From contig OZ024740.1 in NCBI GenBank assembly GCA_964016885.1, positions 55,428,001-55,492,000 on the forward strand: 64,000 nt of DNA, given 5' to 3'. The notes under the pieces are model-generated. The model saw only the letters and a program-made list of their open reading frames with translations. It was not told the origin of the DNA and made no database searches. The DNA is from Eledone cirrhosa. Its lineage: Eukaryota. Of this stretch, positions 33,725 to 46,879 are shown one piece after another (positions within the stretch are counted from its first letter, which is position 1; every line of letters starts with the position of its first letter). The translations under genes and the position numbers were made by a program.

Positions 33725-33920
33725 AAAGACCAGAGATTTCATAGCCGTGGTTAGTGGATGAAACCGACTTACGCATTTAATTGGTATTTTGTTTTATGGA
33801 TACCGTGAGGATGAACAATTAAATAGACCTCGGCGGGAGTTGAACGTGGAACATTGGTTGGTGACGTAATTAAATACCACAAATCCCATCGTTGAACGCT
33901 CTAACGATTCTGCCAATCCT
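33725..33920 (-). mobile_element. Decayed MetaSINE-like copy
   Basis: TTGGCAGAATCGTTAGAGCG head, GTTCAACTCCCGCCGAGG, TTCATCCT core. Confidence 0.6.
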
Positions 33921-34037
33921 GCAGTAATAAGAAACAAATATTTCAGCCCTTTTCTATAGTACATTATTTTATAGACATAAAATAAAGTGCCAGTAATGCA
34001 CTAGGTAATTGCTGGCCTTGTGTCAAAAGTATACAAA

Positions 34038-34225
34038 TGGCGGTGAATTGGCAGTATCGGTAGAGGGTCGGACATGCTTTCCAGCGTAGTTACGTCCCTT
34101 TACGATCTGAGTTCAAATCCCGCCAAGGTTGACTTTTCTTTTCATCCTTACGGGGTCGATAAAGTAAGGTACCAGTAATGTACTGTGTAGTTGCTGGCCT
34201 TGTGCCAAAAATAGAAATAATTATT
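34038..34225 (+). mobile_element. MetaSINE-like tRNA SINE
   Basis: GGCGGTGAATTGGCAGTATCGGTAG head, GAGTTCAAATCC B box, TTTCATCCTTACGGGGTCGATAAA core, CCTTGTGCCAAAAATAGAAAT tail. Confidence 0.8.
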
Positions 34226-35289
34226 TCATAGACATTCACAATGTTAAAAGACAAAGATAAGAGCGGTGGAAATTGAATTTAATGAATGTAAAATACCGTT
34301 TGAATTTTCTATGATGTGCTATCAACGTTGGCAACCCACTGATTTTAAAACATGTTTTCTCCTTGTCGTATTGACTCACGATGGATAAAAGCGAAATATA
34401 GCAAAGTATTTCGTACGATGCTTTCACCATTTATCGTCAATCCACCACAGTTACACTTTTACAGATAACACGAGAGCAGAATTTTTTTGATCGAAAACCT
34501 CCAAATCCCAAGCGGTCAGTCAACTTACGAGATCTGATAATAACATTTCCTTCAAATGAAATCCTACCGTCTTAAAAGAAGTGGACATTTCGAATGATAG
34601 TTTCTCCGACGTTTCCAACGATGTTTTATCAAAATTGAGTAACTTACTCTTCATACTGACCAGTGACTGGCTGAGAATTAATTTTAGTATAATTCTCAGG
34701 ATGAAATAGCCTCAGATAATATAGAAGTCTAGACCATTGAATTATAGGTGTAATCCTTCGGGCGGGCTCCCATCAAATTTCGGTCGAACTAATATCATTC
34801 ACTGTGTCGACATGTGATATCATGGTTGTTAGCTTTTTCAACTCTCAGATAAATACGTTATATTTAAAAGGATGGAGACAGTATTGTCACGATTAGCCTG
34901 TCTTTGATCATAGATCTGTCACAGCTCACTTGGAGTCAAACAACAACAGCTCAAACATACTTTTACAATTATGAGACGCTATCTGGTTGTTAAGGTGGTA
35001 CATCATTGGATTGAATGGATTTTGTTGATCGTTCCTAGCACCTAACTTTGAGAGTTTAAATCCTGCCGACGTTAACTTCTCTGTTCATCTCTTCAGGGCT
35101 GGTAAATAAAGTATTAGCTCACGCCATTGGATATATAAAAGTGTTAGAATCTGTTCCGGCTCTTTGCATTCTGATTTCAGATTCAGCCTAGTTGCCGAAT
35201 GTGAAGCCTAAATATTTGACGAATTGAGCACCATGATGAGCCCTTACATGACAGTTAAAGAGCAGACGTTTCAATTTGCTGAGGTGCGG

Positions 35290-35830
35290 ACGGGGGAACG
35301 CACTATGGTCAGGTGGTAATAGTTGAAGGACGCAATGTACGCTTTCCCCACCTCAACCCGATCTTTCATCTCGACCCATTTCTGGGTGAGAGAGGCCATC
35401 TGCTCGTTACATCGTGCCAGTTTTTATCCACCTGCAGGTCTGGTCAGAAACAGAAGCCGAACAATTTGACTAGTTCGTCCGCCCAGTATCTGACGACGCT
35501 GTTTAAAGGCATGGATTTGCCACTCCATATGCCTAGCTGCAAACCCACTGACTTTCGGGTTCACTTTTGCTCACGTTATCCTTAAATATTCCTCTATTAC
35601 CACAACTTGGTTCGAGCGAATTACCATGTGACAGCTCCAGCATCGCAGTAAAAGCTCGAGAGTCGGTATATACAGAAGGGAGGAGATAAGGCGTTCATGA
35701 CAGATCGATCGCATGAACTGAAACGGTTCCGAAAGGGGGCCCTTTACTTTGACTACCGAGCCAATGCCGCTGTGCATTGCAGCGATTCAGCCTCTGTAGT
35801 CAGGACCAAAACCAGTCGCGTTGAGCATGC
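35290..35830 (-). mobile_element. Decayed Tx1-related ORF2 fragment
   Basis: MHSGIGSVVKVKGPLSEPFQFMRSI and KSVGLQLG homology. Confidence 0.75.
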
Positions 35831-35974
35831 GTCATAAATACTAATGGCCTCGTCTAATTTGGCTACCAGCTCCCAATCCCAATCCTTTCTATTTTATCTC
35901 CCGCTATTTATTTACTAAATGCTATTGACAATATTCTAATATTTCCATGGAGAGAACCCCACCACCAGCTGTCA

Positions 35975-37290
35975 AAGATAGCTTCGTGTCAGCCCTTTTC
36001 TTAGTGACAATGGTGACGTTGCTTTTTACCTCCTACTAGGTTTTGTACATTTGGAGGTCAGGACTAAACAAAACCTCAAGTAATTTAACCGGTCAGTCCG
36101 TTCAAAGCGTGACAATGTTGTTGAACGGTATGGACTGACCTCTTCAGGTTCAGAACTCTATGCATATTGACTCTTCCTGGTTAACTTTTGCTCCTGTTAT
36201 CACTTCGTATGACTCAAGCGCGGTGTCAGTCAACTCAGTATGTTTTCTTCTTGACACCACGACAGCGAATGCTGACAGGGATCACCCTTTTCATAGATGT
36301 TTCTCATCGTCTCTAATTTCTGTAGTCATGGCTCAAGAGTCATTACTTAAAACAGAGATAAGAGAGTCTTGGATGCTGAACGGTTTTGAGAGTTAGCCGT
36401 TCATTCTACCCACTGAAAAGATGTCTCTGTACATTGCAGCAATCCATCCTTTGAATAAAGGCTCGAAGCCCGCCACCTTGTGAACTGCCGCCATGTTCCG
36501 ATGATCGACCCTCTCGGAAGCTTCCAATGATCTATGTTGACCGGGGCCACACCCGTGCCAGATTCTTTCTCCACGCTCTCTATGATGTATCAGATAAGGT
36601 GTAGGTTGTCGTGAATACTATCCGGTACATGTTTAGGCTTTGCCTACAAAATCACCAGCGATAAGAGCCAAGCTCGTCGAGAACATCTTCGCCAAAATGT
36701 TATGAGTCTGAAATTATCTATATGGTTCCCCTTGTTCAAGTCCTTTCTCAGCAGAGACATCGCCGCTCAGCTCCCAGGACTGGGAATTCTACCGGTCTGC
36801 TGCTAGTTCGCGTATACGTTCACTAAGCTACAAATCTGTTATGTTTGCGTAAAGCTTATAGGGCAGACTATCCGAACCACTCAAGTTCGTCATTGCGTCC
36901 CATATTGCATCCGCAGTTAAAGGCTATTCACAAGACTTTGCCTCCCTGGCTGCGACAAGCCGTCAGGTTATGAAATCCATATCTCGATCCTACTTATCAT
37001 TGCACGTGAGAATTTGCATAGTGTCGCTGAAAAACCATACACATCTGCTCGGGATCGAGTACCATGCACCCGTCGTCATATGTCAAAAACCGCATTGTGG
37101 CCTTGTTACCGTATCACGCCTAAACCACTCGGACCCTTCGAACGGCTTTCATCCTCTCGTGTCTACGAGTACACGCCTTTGCTGTAACAACAGTATTCGT
37201 GCTTCCTATTGAAGAATTTGTCGAGTACCAATCTCGCTGCGAATATGCCAGAGGCGATGCCTTTTCTAATGGCCTCTTCTACCATTATAA
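35975..37290 (-). mobile_element. Decayed Tx1-related ORF2 fragment
   Basis: EEAIRKGIASGIFAARLVLDKFFNRKHE; HDNLHLIRYIIE; homologous to the ORF2 linker-RT region. Confidence 0.78.
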
Positions 37291-38827
37291 CTAGTCTAGT
37301 TTGCTCTATCACTGTTCCTAATATTATTACTATCTCCACCAAAACGACCAGCAGCAGCACAAAAACCACCAACACCACCATTACTATTAATATTATTTTT
37401 GTTCTCATTACCAAGTAAATGATGTCACCATTTCAAACATGGAGTTTTTGCCTGAAAGAATGTCCAACTATTCTTGTGAATATCTTCTATTACCGCTTCG
37501 TCCCTAGTACTTATTAGGTAATTTTATTTATATATTTTGTTAAGAATTCATGAAACAATAAAATTGAAGAAAGGGATAAAAAGGGTCTAGGAATGTTGAG
37601 AAATGAAAGAGAGTGGGTATGCGATCTCTACACGATTTGGACGCAGAACATAGAAAAATAAATAAGTGCAGCACAATTTATCAGACGTTCAACATTTTTT
37701 TCCCAAAACACCTTTTTACTCACATAGACATAATACCAACAATTTGAGTGGAGTATTTAGCCAATTTAATCGACCCAGTATTTGGTTGACACGTGAAAGC
37801 TGAAAGGTAAAGTTAATTTTGTCTGGGTTTAAACACAGAATATATAACAACATTATATGGCTGACGTCTCTCTTTATTATGTGCATCAGCACTGAACGTG
37901 TAATTGAACAGTTAGTGGAACAAATGTTACAGATCTGTCGGGAAAGTTGCTTGGTTTAAATAAATAGAAGAATTGGAAAATACCTATTTTACCAATATAT
38001 ATGAAACACCTGCAGATGCTAGGAGATTACATCTCATAAAACTTTCGCTAAATATCGTATCCACTGGGTTGTTTTGTCAAACTTGTAAAAAAAACACAAG
38101 TAAAACATAATTGAAACACTATCACTATGATAATATGTAAATTTGAACAATTATTTGCAATAATATGATTGGTGTTAATTTAACCCGCATCAGTGGAAAA
38201 CCTCACTGTGAATTTTAGCAATGATTACTAATGATTACATTTTATGTTGCCTCAGCCTTTGGTTTCAAGAAAATATAAGAAATTATCTTGGGCACACTAA
38301 CAAGCAGTAGAGGAGTTATAAATAAGGCAATTTTGGATGAAAAGCAAAAGTACTGCAAAATTAGAAAACTTGGAAATAACACATAGTAAAACGAAAAGGA
38401 GATGGCATTAAAGATTGCAGATGGTATAACAAATTTTGCATCTTTTGAAAGAGAAGAAAATCTATAAAGGAAAGGAGATTAAAGAGAAAGCACGTTTGCT
38501 TCTCTTGTGTGTTTTACTCTTTCTAAGAATATAATATTGCCCCAAAAGATAATGTATAAAAAATCGTGAGAATGTGTTCTCCCAACAGTTAGATAGTGTG
38601 GAGAGATAAGATATTTCAGTCGTATAAATTCTCGCTTTATTAACAGAAAGATTGTTGCATGAGATAATATCACGAAGTCTTTGACTTTGCAGTCATTGGC
38701 AAGTTGCAATTTTGCTTCGAAGAAATCTTAAAATTATCATAGCGACTAAAAATAATCACCAAGAAATAATATTTTTGTTTTTAATTAATTTATTTTTCTA
38801 TTTATATTATTGTCTATATTATTATCA

Positions 38828-38859
<32 letters not shown>

Positions 38860-38860
38860 G

Positions 38861-39153
<293 letters not shown>

Positions 39154-39365
39154 GGCGACCTACGTAGTAAATCGTATCATCGTGAGCTCCGCAAAGGTTT
39201 GTTATTTTCAGTTGTTCAAAATTGCCATTCATGGAAAATGTTATTGTTAACTGTATATTAGTGCACATACATTGTTATCTGAAAAGGACATCCAAAAAGA
39301 TTGGGGCATTGAGCCCAAACTTTAAATTTTTATAATTATCAAACAAAAATCTTATTTGAAACATC

Positions 39366-41345
39366 ATGGCTGGCTCAGAGTCACTCCTTTCTCACAAACT
39401 AAGACCTAACACCGACACCACCATTATAAATATTACTACGTTTGCCAACATTAAAAATATAAGCAGTAGCAATATTTTTAATTTGTCTCAGGCAGACATT
39501 CATTTCTCGCCATTACCAATGACTGCAGGTGTTAAAGCCGCCACCACCACCATCACCGCGACAACCACCACACCCACCACCACCGTGACAACAGAAACAA
39601 AAGAAAAAAATAAATTAACTCGTGATATCGAAATGAATTCAACCAAAATGAACTCTTCCACACCGAACACCACTGACGCCACCACCACCACAACTGAAAC
39701 TTAAATTAATAGTAACAAAAATAACGATAACAACGACAGCAACAATGACATTAATAAAACCACCCTCAGTTTTGCCAGAGTAGCAAAACAGTGCGAAGCA
39801 TTTCAGGTAACTCAGGAGGAATTAGAAGAAGCCAAAAAAATGGTAACGAAAGATGGGTACAGGGTCAGCCTTGCCCCCCCCCCCCCCCACACACACACAC
39901 ACCCTCCCACCTAATAAAATGGAGCACCGTCGCCTATGCACCGTGTCTTATCGAACAATTAATATAAAATCGCGCCGAGTGGAACGGGCATCCGAGTCCC
40001 AAATCCAAAAAGCTTTGGGACATGTGTGGGCAAAAAAAACTCACATCAGACGTGGACAGAAGTATGGAACCGTGGAGGTGTTCGTTGAAACACCACAGGA
40101 GGCTAGAGAACACTCCATGGCCCCATTAAGAAGTGACGACTTCACACTCGTCCCAAGCTATTGTGGCCAGAGACTCGTAAAGATCAAGGTCACCCACGTT
40201 CCACCGGCCATCGAAATTCCCTGGCTAATAGCGGCCCTCCTCGCCGGCATCGAAGCCAACACCAAGATAATCGAAATAGCGAAAGAAAAAAGCAGGAGAA
40301 CTGGTCCGGATCTGGGATGGAGCTCCTATCTAAGCGGACTAAATAAGCATTGAGGAGATCCCAGAGGTAATAGACCTCACTGACGGCAGCCACCTCACCG
40401 TAATTGTCGAGGGCAGAAAGCCTAGGTGTGACGTTTGTGGTGAAGGAACCCACCTAAGGGCTTTCTGCCTTCAGGCTAAAAGGTTGAGGCCACCTCTCCT
40501 ACCCACCTCAGTAACTCAACCATCAACACCACCAACATCAGAGATGGCAGCAACAACTGTAGCAGCAACAACAGAAGCAACTGTAACAGCAACAACCCCA
40601 GCAACAGTAGCAAAACCAACACCACCACCACCCAACGCGCCAGAACTAGCACCAGCGCCTACACCATCCACCACTCCACAACCAAAACTAACGCCTGTGG
40701 AGGGTTTTCCACTCCCCTGCCTATCACAACTGGAGACAGATTGTGACGACGAGGAGTGGGAAACGGTACCAGGAAAAGAGAAAAAAAGAAACCAAAATAG
40801 AAAAAAATTCTCTTCCTTCCCCCTCCAAAAACAAAATACAGAGGGAAACAAATAAATTAACAAACAAAAAAGTTAGGACGGATATGCCACCATCCACACC
40901 AGCATCACCAACCCCATCACCCCAAACACCAACACCATCACCATCATTAACCCCAATACCACCATCAACTACACCACAAAAGTCACCAAAATGCGAAACA
41001 GAAACAAACCCACAACAAACACAAACAAAACAAAACAACCTAAACGATACACACTACACAGCATTAAATTTGAACAACAACCAATTATTACACTACATCC
41101 AACACAACACCAGCATCACAGAAAAAGACTACACAACAACCCAAAAATTCACACCACCTCCACACATACAAATCACTCGCATCACACAGAAAACGTACAT
41201 GACACTAAAACAAAAATTCCCCAAAGACATAGGAGACTTCCAACAAGCACTCTCCAGGAGGATTTATAAGGACATCCTTCCTGAGGAGGCCACAAGCAGT
41301 GAAAAGGATAGAAAAACCGTCCTTCCTCTACGAGAAGTAAGGTAA
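39366..41345 (+). pseudogene. Divergent ORF1 (premature stop and frameshifts)
   Basis: CTVSYRTINIKSRRVERASESQIQKALG, LVPSYCGQ, CDVCGEGTHLRAFC, ends PLREVR*. Confidence 0.85.
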
Positions 41346-41379
41346 GTGGTCTTTCCCATCTTTACCACTCCATTTCAAC

Positions 41380-44300
41380 ATGACCTCACTCAGAATAGGC
41401 AGCATAAATACGCGTGGCTCAGGGTCGTCATGGAAGCATGGCCACCTGCTCAACGACCTCAGGTCACTAAACATAGATGTAGTGGCCATCAGCGAGACCA
41501 GAATCTCCGAAGCACGGGCCTTCGCACCGATCTTCGGCGGCTACGATGTGTACGCATCTCCCAGCCGTCCGGGATCTGGGTGTGGAGTTGCTGTGCTTTT
41601 TCGGAGAGGTTTGGATCTTGCCATACGGGCCATCTTCCTGGACCCAGAAGGTAAGTTGGTGGTGCTGGACGTGACCAGCGGAGACGGGCAAGCTTTCAAG
41701 TTAGTGGCCGTCTATGCCCTGACAGGAGCAGGGCGGCCTGATTTCTTCCGGCGTCTGGAGACCTTTCTTGGAACGTCCCACTCTTTAGTGTTAGTGGGCG
41801 ACTGGAACGGGATCTTAGATGCACGCTGGGACTGTGTCGGATTAGTGGATAGGGGAGGAGGGTGCAAGAGTCTCACCAACCTGCTCAGGCGTTTTGAACT
41901 GTCTGACAAGTACCGATTGGATTTCCCGAATGTACCAATGTGGACTTGGACAAATCGCATAGTGTCATCCACATCATATCTAGATAGAGTATTTTGTAGG
42001 GAAATAGATAGGTCTAGCATAGGCTGTCCACAATTCAAGATAGTCAGCTACACGGACCACACATTCTTGATCTGTGTGCTTGACTTAGATAGGCTTCATA
42101 GACGAGGACCAGGCTACTGGAAGCTAAACGCGTCCTTACCAGCGCGCACGGCCTACAGAGACTGGATTAGCGAACAAGTTAAGCGGGCGTTGACGGGGGC
42201 CATCGTCAAAAACAAGTGGTGGTTTGCTCTGAAAAGAGCAATTAGAATAGAGTCCATTAGGTTTTGTACGGCTTTAGCAATAGAGAAAAATAGAGCAGAC
42301 GGAGATTTAGTTAGAAAATTAGACGGGGCGCTTAGCAAAGGATCGCGACCGACGTACTTGCGGCGAAATTGGCCCTTGACCAATTCTTCAATCCAAAGCA
42401 CGAAGGCTGCGTTGTCAGAGCTAGGGTGCGTGCTCTCAGACACGAGGGGACGAAAGCCGTTCAATGGGCCCGAGTGGCGGAGGCGCGTCGTGGCAACAAA
42501 GCCACGATCCGGTCTTTGGTGGACCACGACGGGCGCATGCTGCTCGATCCCGGGAAAATATGTGAAGCTTTTCAGCAACACTTCGCACAGCTGTTCGGGG
42601 GAAGCGACGGGCAGGATCGAGGGATGAGCTTTAGTGTCTACCTCGACGGACTGCCGCGGCTCTCGGCCACTGAGGCGGAGTGTCGCTGAAGTAAGGGAGG
42701 CAATGACTCGCTGCAGAAGGGGTAAATCGCCTGGTTTAGATGGTCTGCCCTATGAACTTTACGTACAGATGCCAGACTTGTTCGGAGGCCTCTTGGCGGA
42801 CGTCTACTGCAACTGGCAACAGAACGGGAGAATTCGCAGCTCTGTGGGCCAAGGAGCTGTGGCGCTGCTGAGAAAGAATCCGAACAATTGGGATAACATA
42901 GATAATTTCAGGCCCATAACTCTGCTAAACACAGAGTTCAAGATTTTGGCCAAGGTGCTAGCAAAGAGGTTGGCGCTTGCCATTGGTAGTCTGGTGGGAG
43001 AGGCGCCATTCCCGACAGATCCATCTACGACAACCTCCACCTCATGCGATACATCGTAGAGAGGGTAGCTAGGGAACCTGGCACGGGTGGGTCCTTGATC
43101 GATTTAGATCAGTCGAAAGCTTTCGATAGGATCAACTATCGTTACCTAGCGGCAGTCCTGAGGGCGGCTGGCTTTGGGTCCATCTTCAGAGGCTGGATCG
43201 CTGCCATGCACAGCGACATCTGCTCTGTAGTGAGAGTGAACGGTCACCTTTCGGAACCGTTCAACATCATGCGCTCGGTCCGCCAAGGATGTCCCCTCTC
43301 GTCCCTCTTGTACGTATTGTCTCTCGAGCCATTATTGAACAAACTGGAGACGTTGAGGGGGTCCCGCGCGAACTAGGATGCGAAGGATCCGTGTCAGCAT
43401 ATGCGGACGATGTCACCGTAGTGGTGTCGAACGCCAAATACATCGAGGCGATCGGGACTAAACTAAGAGAATACGAAGCGGTGACAGGAGCAATGATCAA
43501 CCAGGAAAAGTCAGTGGGCCTGCAGCTTGGCACCTAGAGAGGCAAGTCCATGCCGTCCAACAGCGTCTTCGGGCGCTGGACGGACGTACCGGTTAAATTG
43601 CTAGGGGTCTGTTTAGGTCCGGACCTCCAGACGGACAAAAACTGGGACGAGGTGACGAGCAGGGTGGCTTCTCTCACCCAGAAATGGGCTGAGAGGAAGC
43701 TATCCCTGAAAGGTCGAGCGGAGGTGGCTAACGCGTACATTGCGTCCGTCATCTACTACCGCCTGACCGTCGTACCTTGTCCTAAGCCCCGCCTGAGTGC
43801 GCTGGAGCGTTTGCTCTTTCGCTTTTTATGGAAGAGACGCGCTCCGATGGTCACGCTGTCCATCTGCTGTCAACACCCGCTACGTGGAGAGCTGGGCATG
43901 CCGTGGCTGATGATGCGCAGACACGCGCTCAGGCTACGACATCTCTACCTCTTCCTCGACGGTGATCAGGTGTGGTCGCCGTTTGCTAGACACGTCTTTC
44001 CTCAGCTCGTCTCCTTGACGGTGCTGCAGTCCTGGGTCAAGCAAAGACCGAGAGGGAGCCCTTAGAGACTAGAATGTCTTCAGGCGTTCACAGCCCTCGA
44101 CCAATCGGGCAATGCGATCGGTGGAAACTCCACCTTGGCGTTCTATAGGGGATTAGTGGAGGGGAAGAGCGACGACGTACTTGGAGAAACTCTAGGCGTC
44201 GACGAAAATCAACTAGCCAATCTCTTCGGAAGGACTTTCGGGCCGGGGCCTATGGACAACTTCCAGAAATCCCTGGCCTGGCAGTGCTACCGGGGAGCTT

Positions 44301-44767
44301 TGCCAGTTCGGGATAAACTCTACAAGCATGGAGGTGCCGTTAGGCGGGCATGTTCGAGATGGGCGCAGCGCGACGAAACCGTCCTGCACGTACTCGTCCA
44401 GTGTCCGAGCATTGCTGACTTGTGGGTTTATGTCGAACACCTGCTGTCACGTATAGGACGGATCCAGCTATCAGCTGAGTCCATCGTGAGGATTGCCCGG
44501 CCCTCTCCCTTTAGCCGGGAAGGGCAGGCAGTTTTTATCTGTCTGGTGGCCATGGCGAAAGAGATAGTATGGTGGACACGTTTGAAAGGGCTGAAGACGA
44601 GCACTTACCTCTTCGGTGATGCCCTGATTAACTTTTTCAAATTTCATTTGAAAAGGATAATCAGGGTAGAGAGGGAAGTGCTCTCTTCCCTGCATTTTGT
44701 TGAAAGATGGGTGAGAGAAGCAATTATGGCCCGTGTGAATGGGCCTACTCTGAGTATGTGTCTGTAA
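41380..44767 (+). pseudogene. ORF2 (APE-RT-CCHC) disrupted by several frameshifts and stops
   Basis: MTSLRIGSIN start to GPTLSMCL* end, split across several ORFs. Confidence 0.92.
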
Positions 44768-44890
44768 TTTAAAGGTGGAAAACTCGGAGAGGGCACTTAC
44801 CCTGGTGGTCAGGGTCACTGTGTCCTTTTAATGGGCTTTCTCCACAAATCTCTCTTATTATTTTTATTATTATTATTATTATTGTTATTA

Positions 44891-45033
44891 CTCTTTGAGT
44901 CTCAGTCATTGATGTTAGTTAACTGGAAAGTTTGTTGAGATGAATATCAAGCCACTACCTGCAGTCTCAGATATTCAGGACGTATCGGAGGGTTCTTGCT
45001 GTTCCCAGCAAGCATGCCTTTTGAAGCGTTCCA
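44891..45033 (-). mobile_element. Short 3'-end fragment of R4/Dong family 2
   Basis: Matches 45070-45212; flanked by ATT repeats. Confidence 0.8.
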
Positions 45034-45069
45034 ATTATTATTATTATTATTATTATTGTTATTGTTATT

Positions 45070-46018
45070 CCTTGAATCTCAGTCATTGATGTTGGTTAAC
45101 TGGAAAGTCCGTTGGATTGAATATCAAGCCACTACCTGCAGCCTCAGATATTCAGGACGTATCGGAGGGTTCTTGCCGTTCCAAGCAAGCATGCCTTTTG
45201 AAGCGTTCCAAAAAGCGTGAAGGGGCCGATTTTCTTTAACCATCCCTGGAAACCTTTGGAGATAGTCCCCAGCGCGCCTATGACAATCGGAATCACTTTG
45301 ACTTCATGGCAGTTCCAAATCCTTTTCACCTCCCACTTTAGGTCCTGGTATCGGTTAATTTTCTCCCTCTCCTTCTCTTGCACTCTCGTGTCGAACGGGC
45401 AGGCCACATCCACAATCAGACACGATCTTTTTTCTTTGTCCACAACCACCAGGTCAGGTCTATTGTGTTCCAGTTTTTTGTCCGTCTGTATCCTAAAATC
45501 CCACAGCACCTTCACCTGACTGTTCTCCATCACCGCCTCTGGCCTATGCTCAAACCATTTCTCAGAATGTGGTAGATTGTTTACTTTGCACAGGTGCCAG
45601 TGGATCACCCTGCCCATCACATCGTGTCTCCAGCCCTTATAGTGGGTCTGGGCTAGGTGTTTACACTCGGACACAATGTGAGCCACAGTCTCCTCTCTCT
45701 CTCCACAGATCTTGCACAGTGGGCTAGCCTCCTCCTTGTAGATATGGTGCTTCAACCACTTCGTTTTGAGGGCCTGCTCCTGCGCAGCCATTAGCATTCC
45801 TTCTGTAGCCTTTTTGAGGTCTCCTCTTCTCAACCAGTTCCATGTCTGTGGATCTCTAAATTCAGTTTTCTCAAAGAAGGTACTATGAAGGGAGTATGAA
45901 GGGATTTTCCCTTAAGGCTGCTCTTCCTCCTTGATGTTATTTCCTCCTTGGGTATCCCCTGGCCTACTGTCCCCTCCTTCAGTACAGCTCTGAGCATTGG
46001 CTCCTTACTATAGGTCAC
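45070..46018 (-). mobile_element. 5'-truncated R4/Dong-clade element, family 2
   Basis: DLKKATEGMLMAAQEQAL, CKIC..ETVAHIVSEC, RHD, RPDL..IVDVACP, IPIVIGALG; TAA repeats at both ends. Confidence 0.9.
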
Positions 46019-46196
<178 letters not shown>

Positions 46197-46777
46197 TTTG
46201 CTGTTGTATTTTTATTTACATTTTATAAATTCCTATATTCGTGTAAAAATTTTAATTTCCTGACATTGTTTAAAAAGAGCATTTAAATGTACAGAATTCA
46301 ATTCTTAAATAGCTAATTATTTATAAATTAAACTTCGAATTTAAATGATTCGTTATTTAGTTATGAAAATACACCTAAGAGTAGTTAAACCGTTTCTTTG
46401 CCTCCACTTCCCTTCGCTATAACATTTGATAAGGGTTTAGAAAAAGAATTAAACTAAAACATCAAAAAGAAAAGCACATTTTCACAATCGATAATAGTAA
46501 GATTCTGACGTCGATTGTATCATCTACAAAAGAATGAATGCAAAAAAACAAAAAAACAATAACTAAAAAACTGACTTTCAATTTTAGATTAGTTGGTGAT
46601 TTTATGAAAGAAGTACACTACAAAGAAAGAAGTTTGACGAGGAAAGCAAGAGCTGCTTTGAATCTAGAAATGAGGAACGGGTTAACTAAGAAAGAATGAG
46701 TGATATATACTCGTACACTAACATCCATATATATACATACAAACATAAATATATACATGCATAGATTTATACATACT

Positions 46778-46852
<75 letters not shown>

Positions 46853-46879
46853 ATCTATAGAAGTACCATAGTTCCTTAA

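Larger units (their letters stand above)
39154..44852 (+). mobile_element. Near full-length decayed Tx1 element with divergent 5'UTR/ORF1 and array-like ORF2; 3'UTR shortened
   Basis: Starts at (ATT)n; ORF1 remnants, conserved inter-ORF spacer, ORF2 closely similar to the array; ends in ATT repeats. Confidence 0.9.

Noticed and set aside
34038-34130. tRNA gene
   Set aside because: A/B boxes belong to a SINE head; no complete cloverleaf
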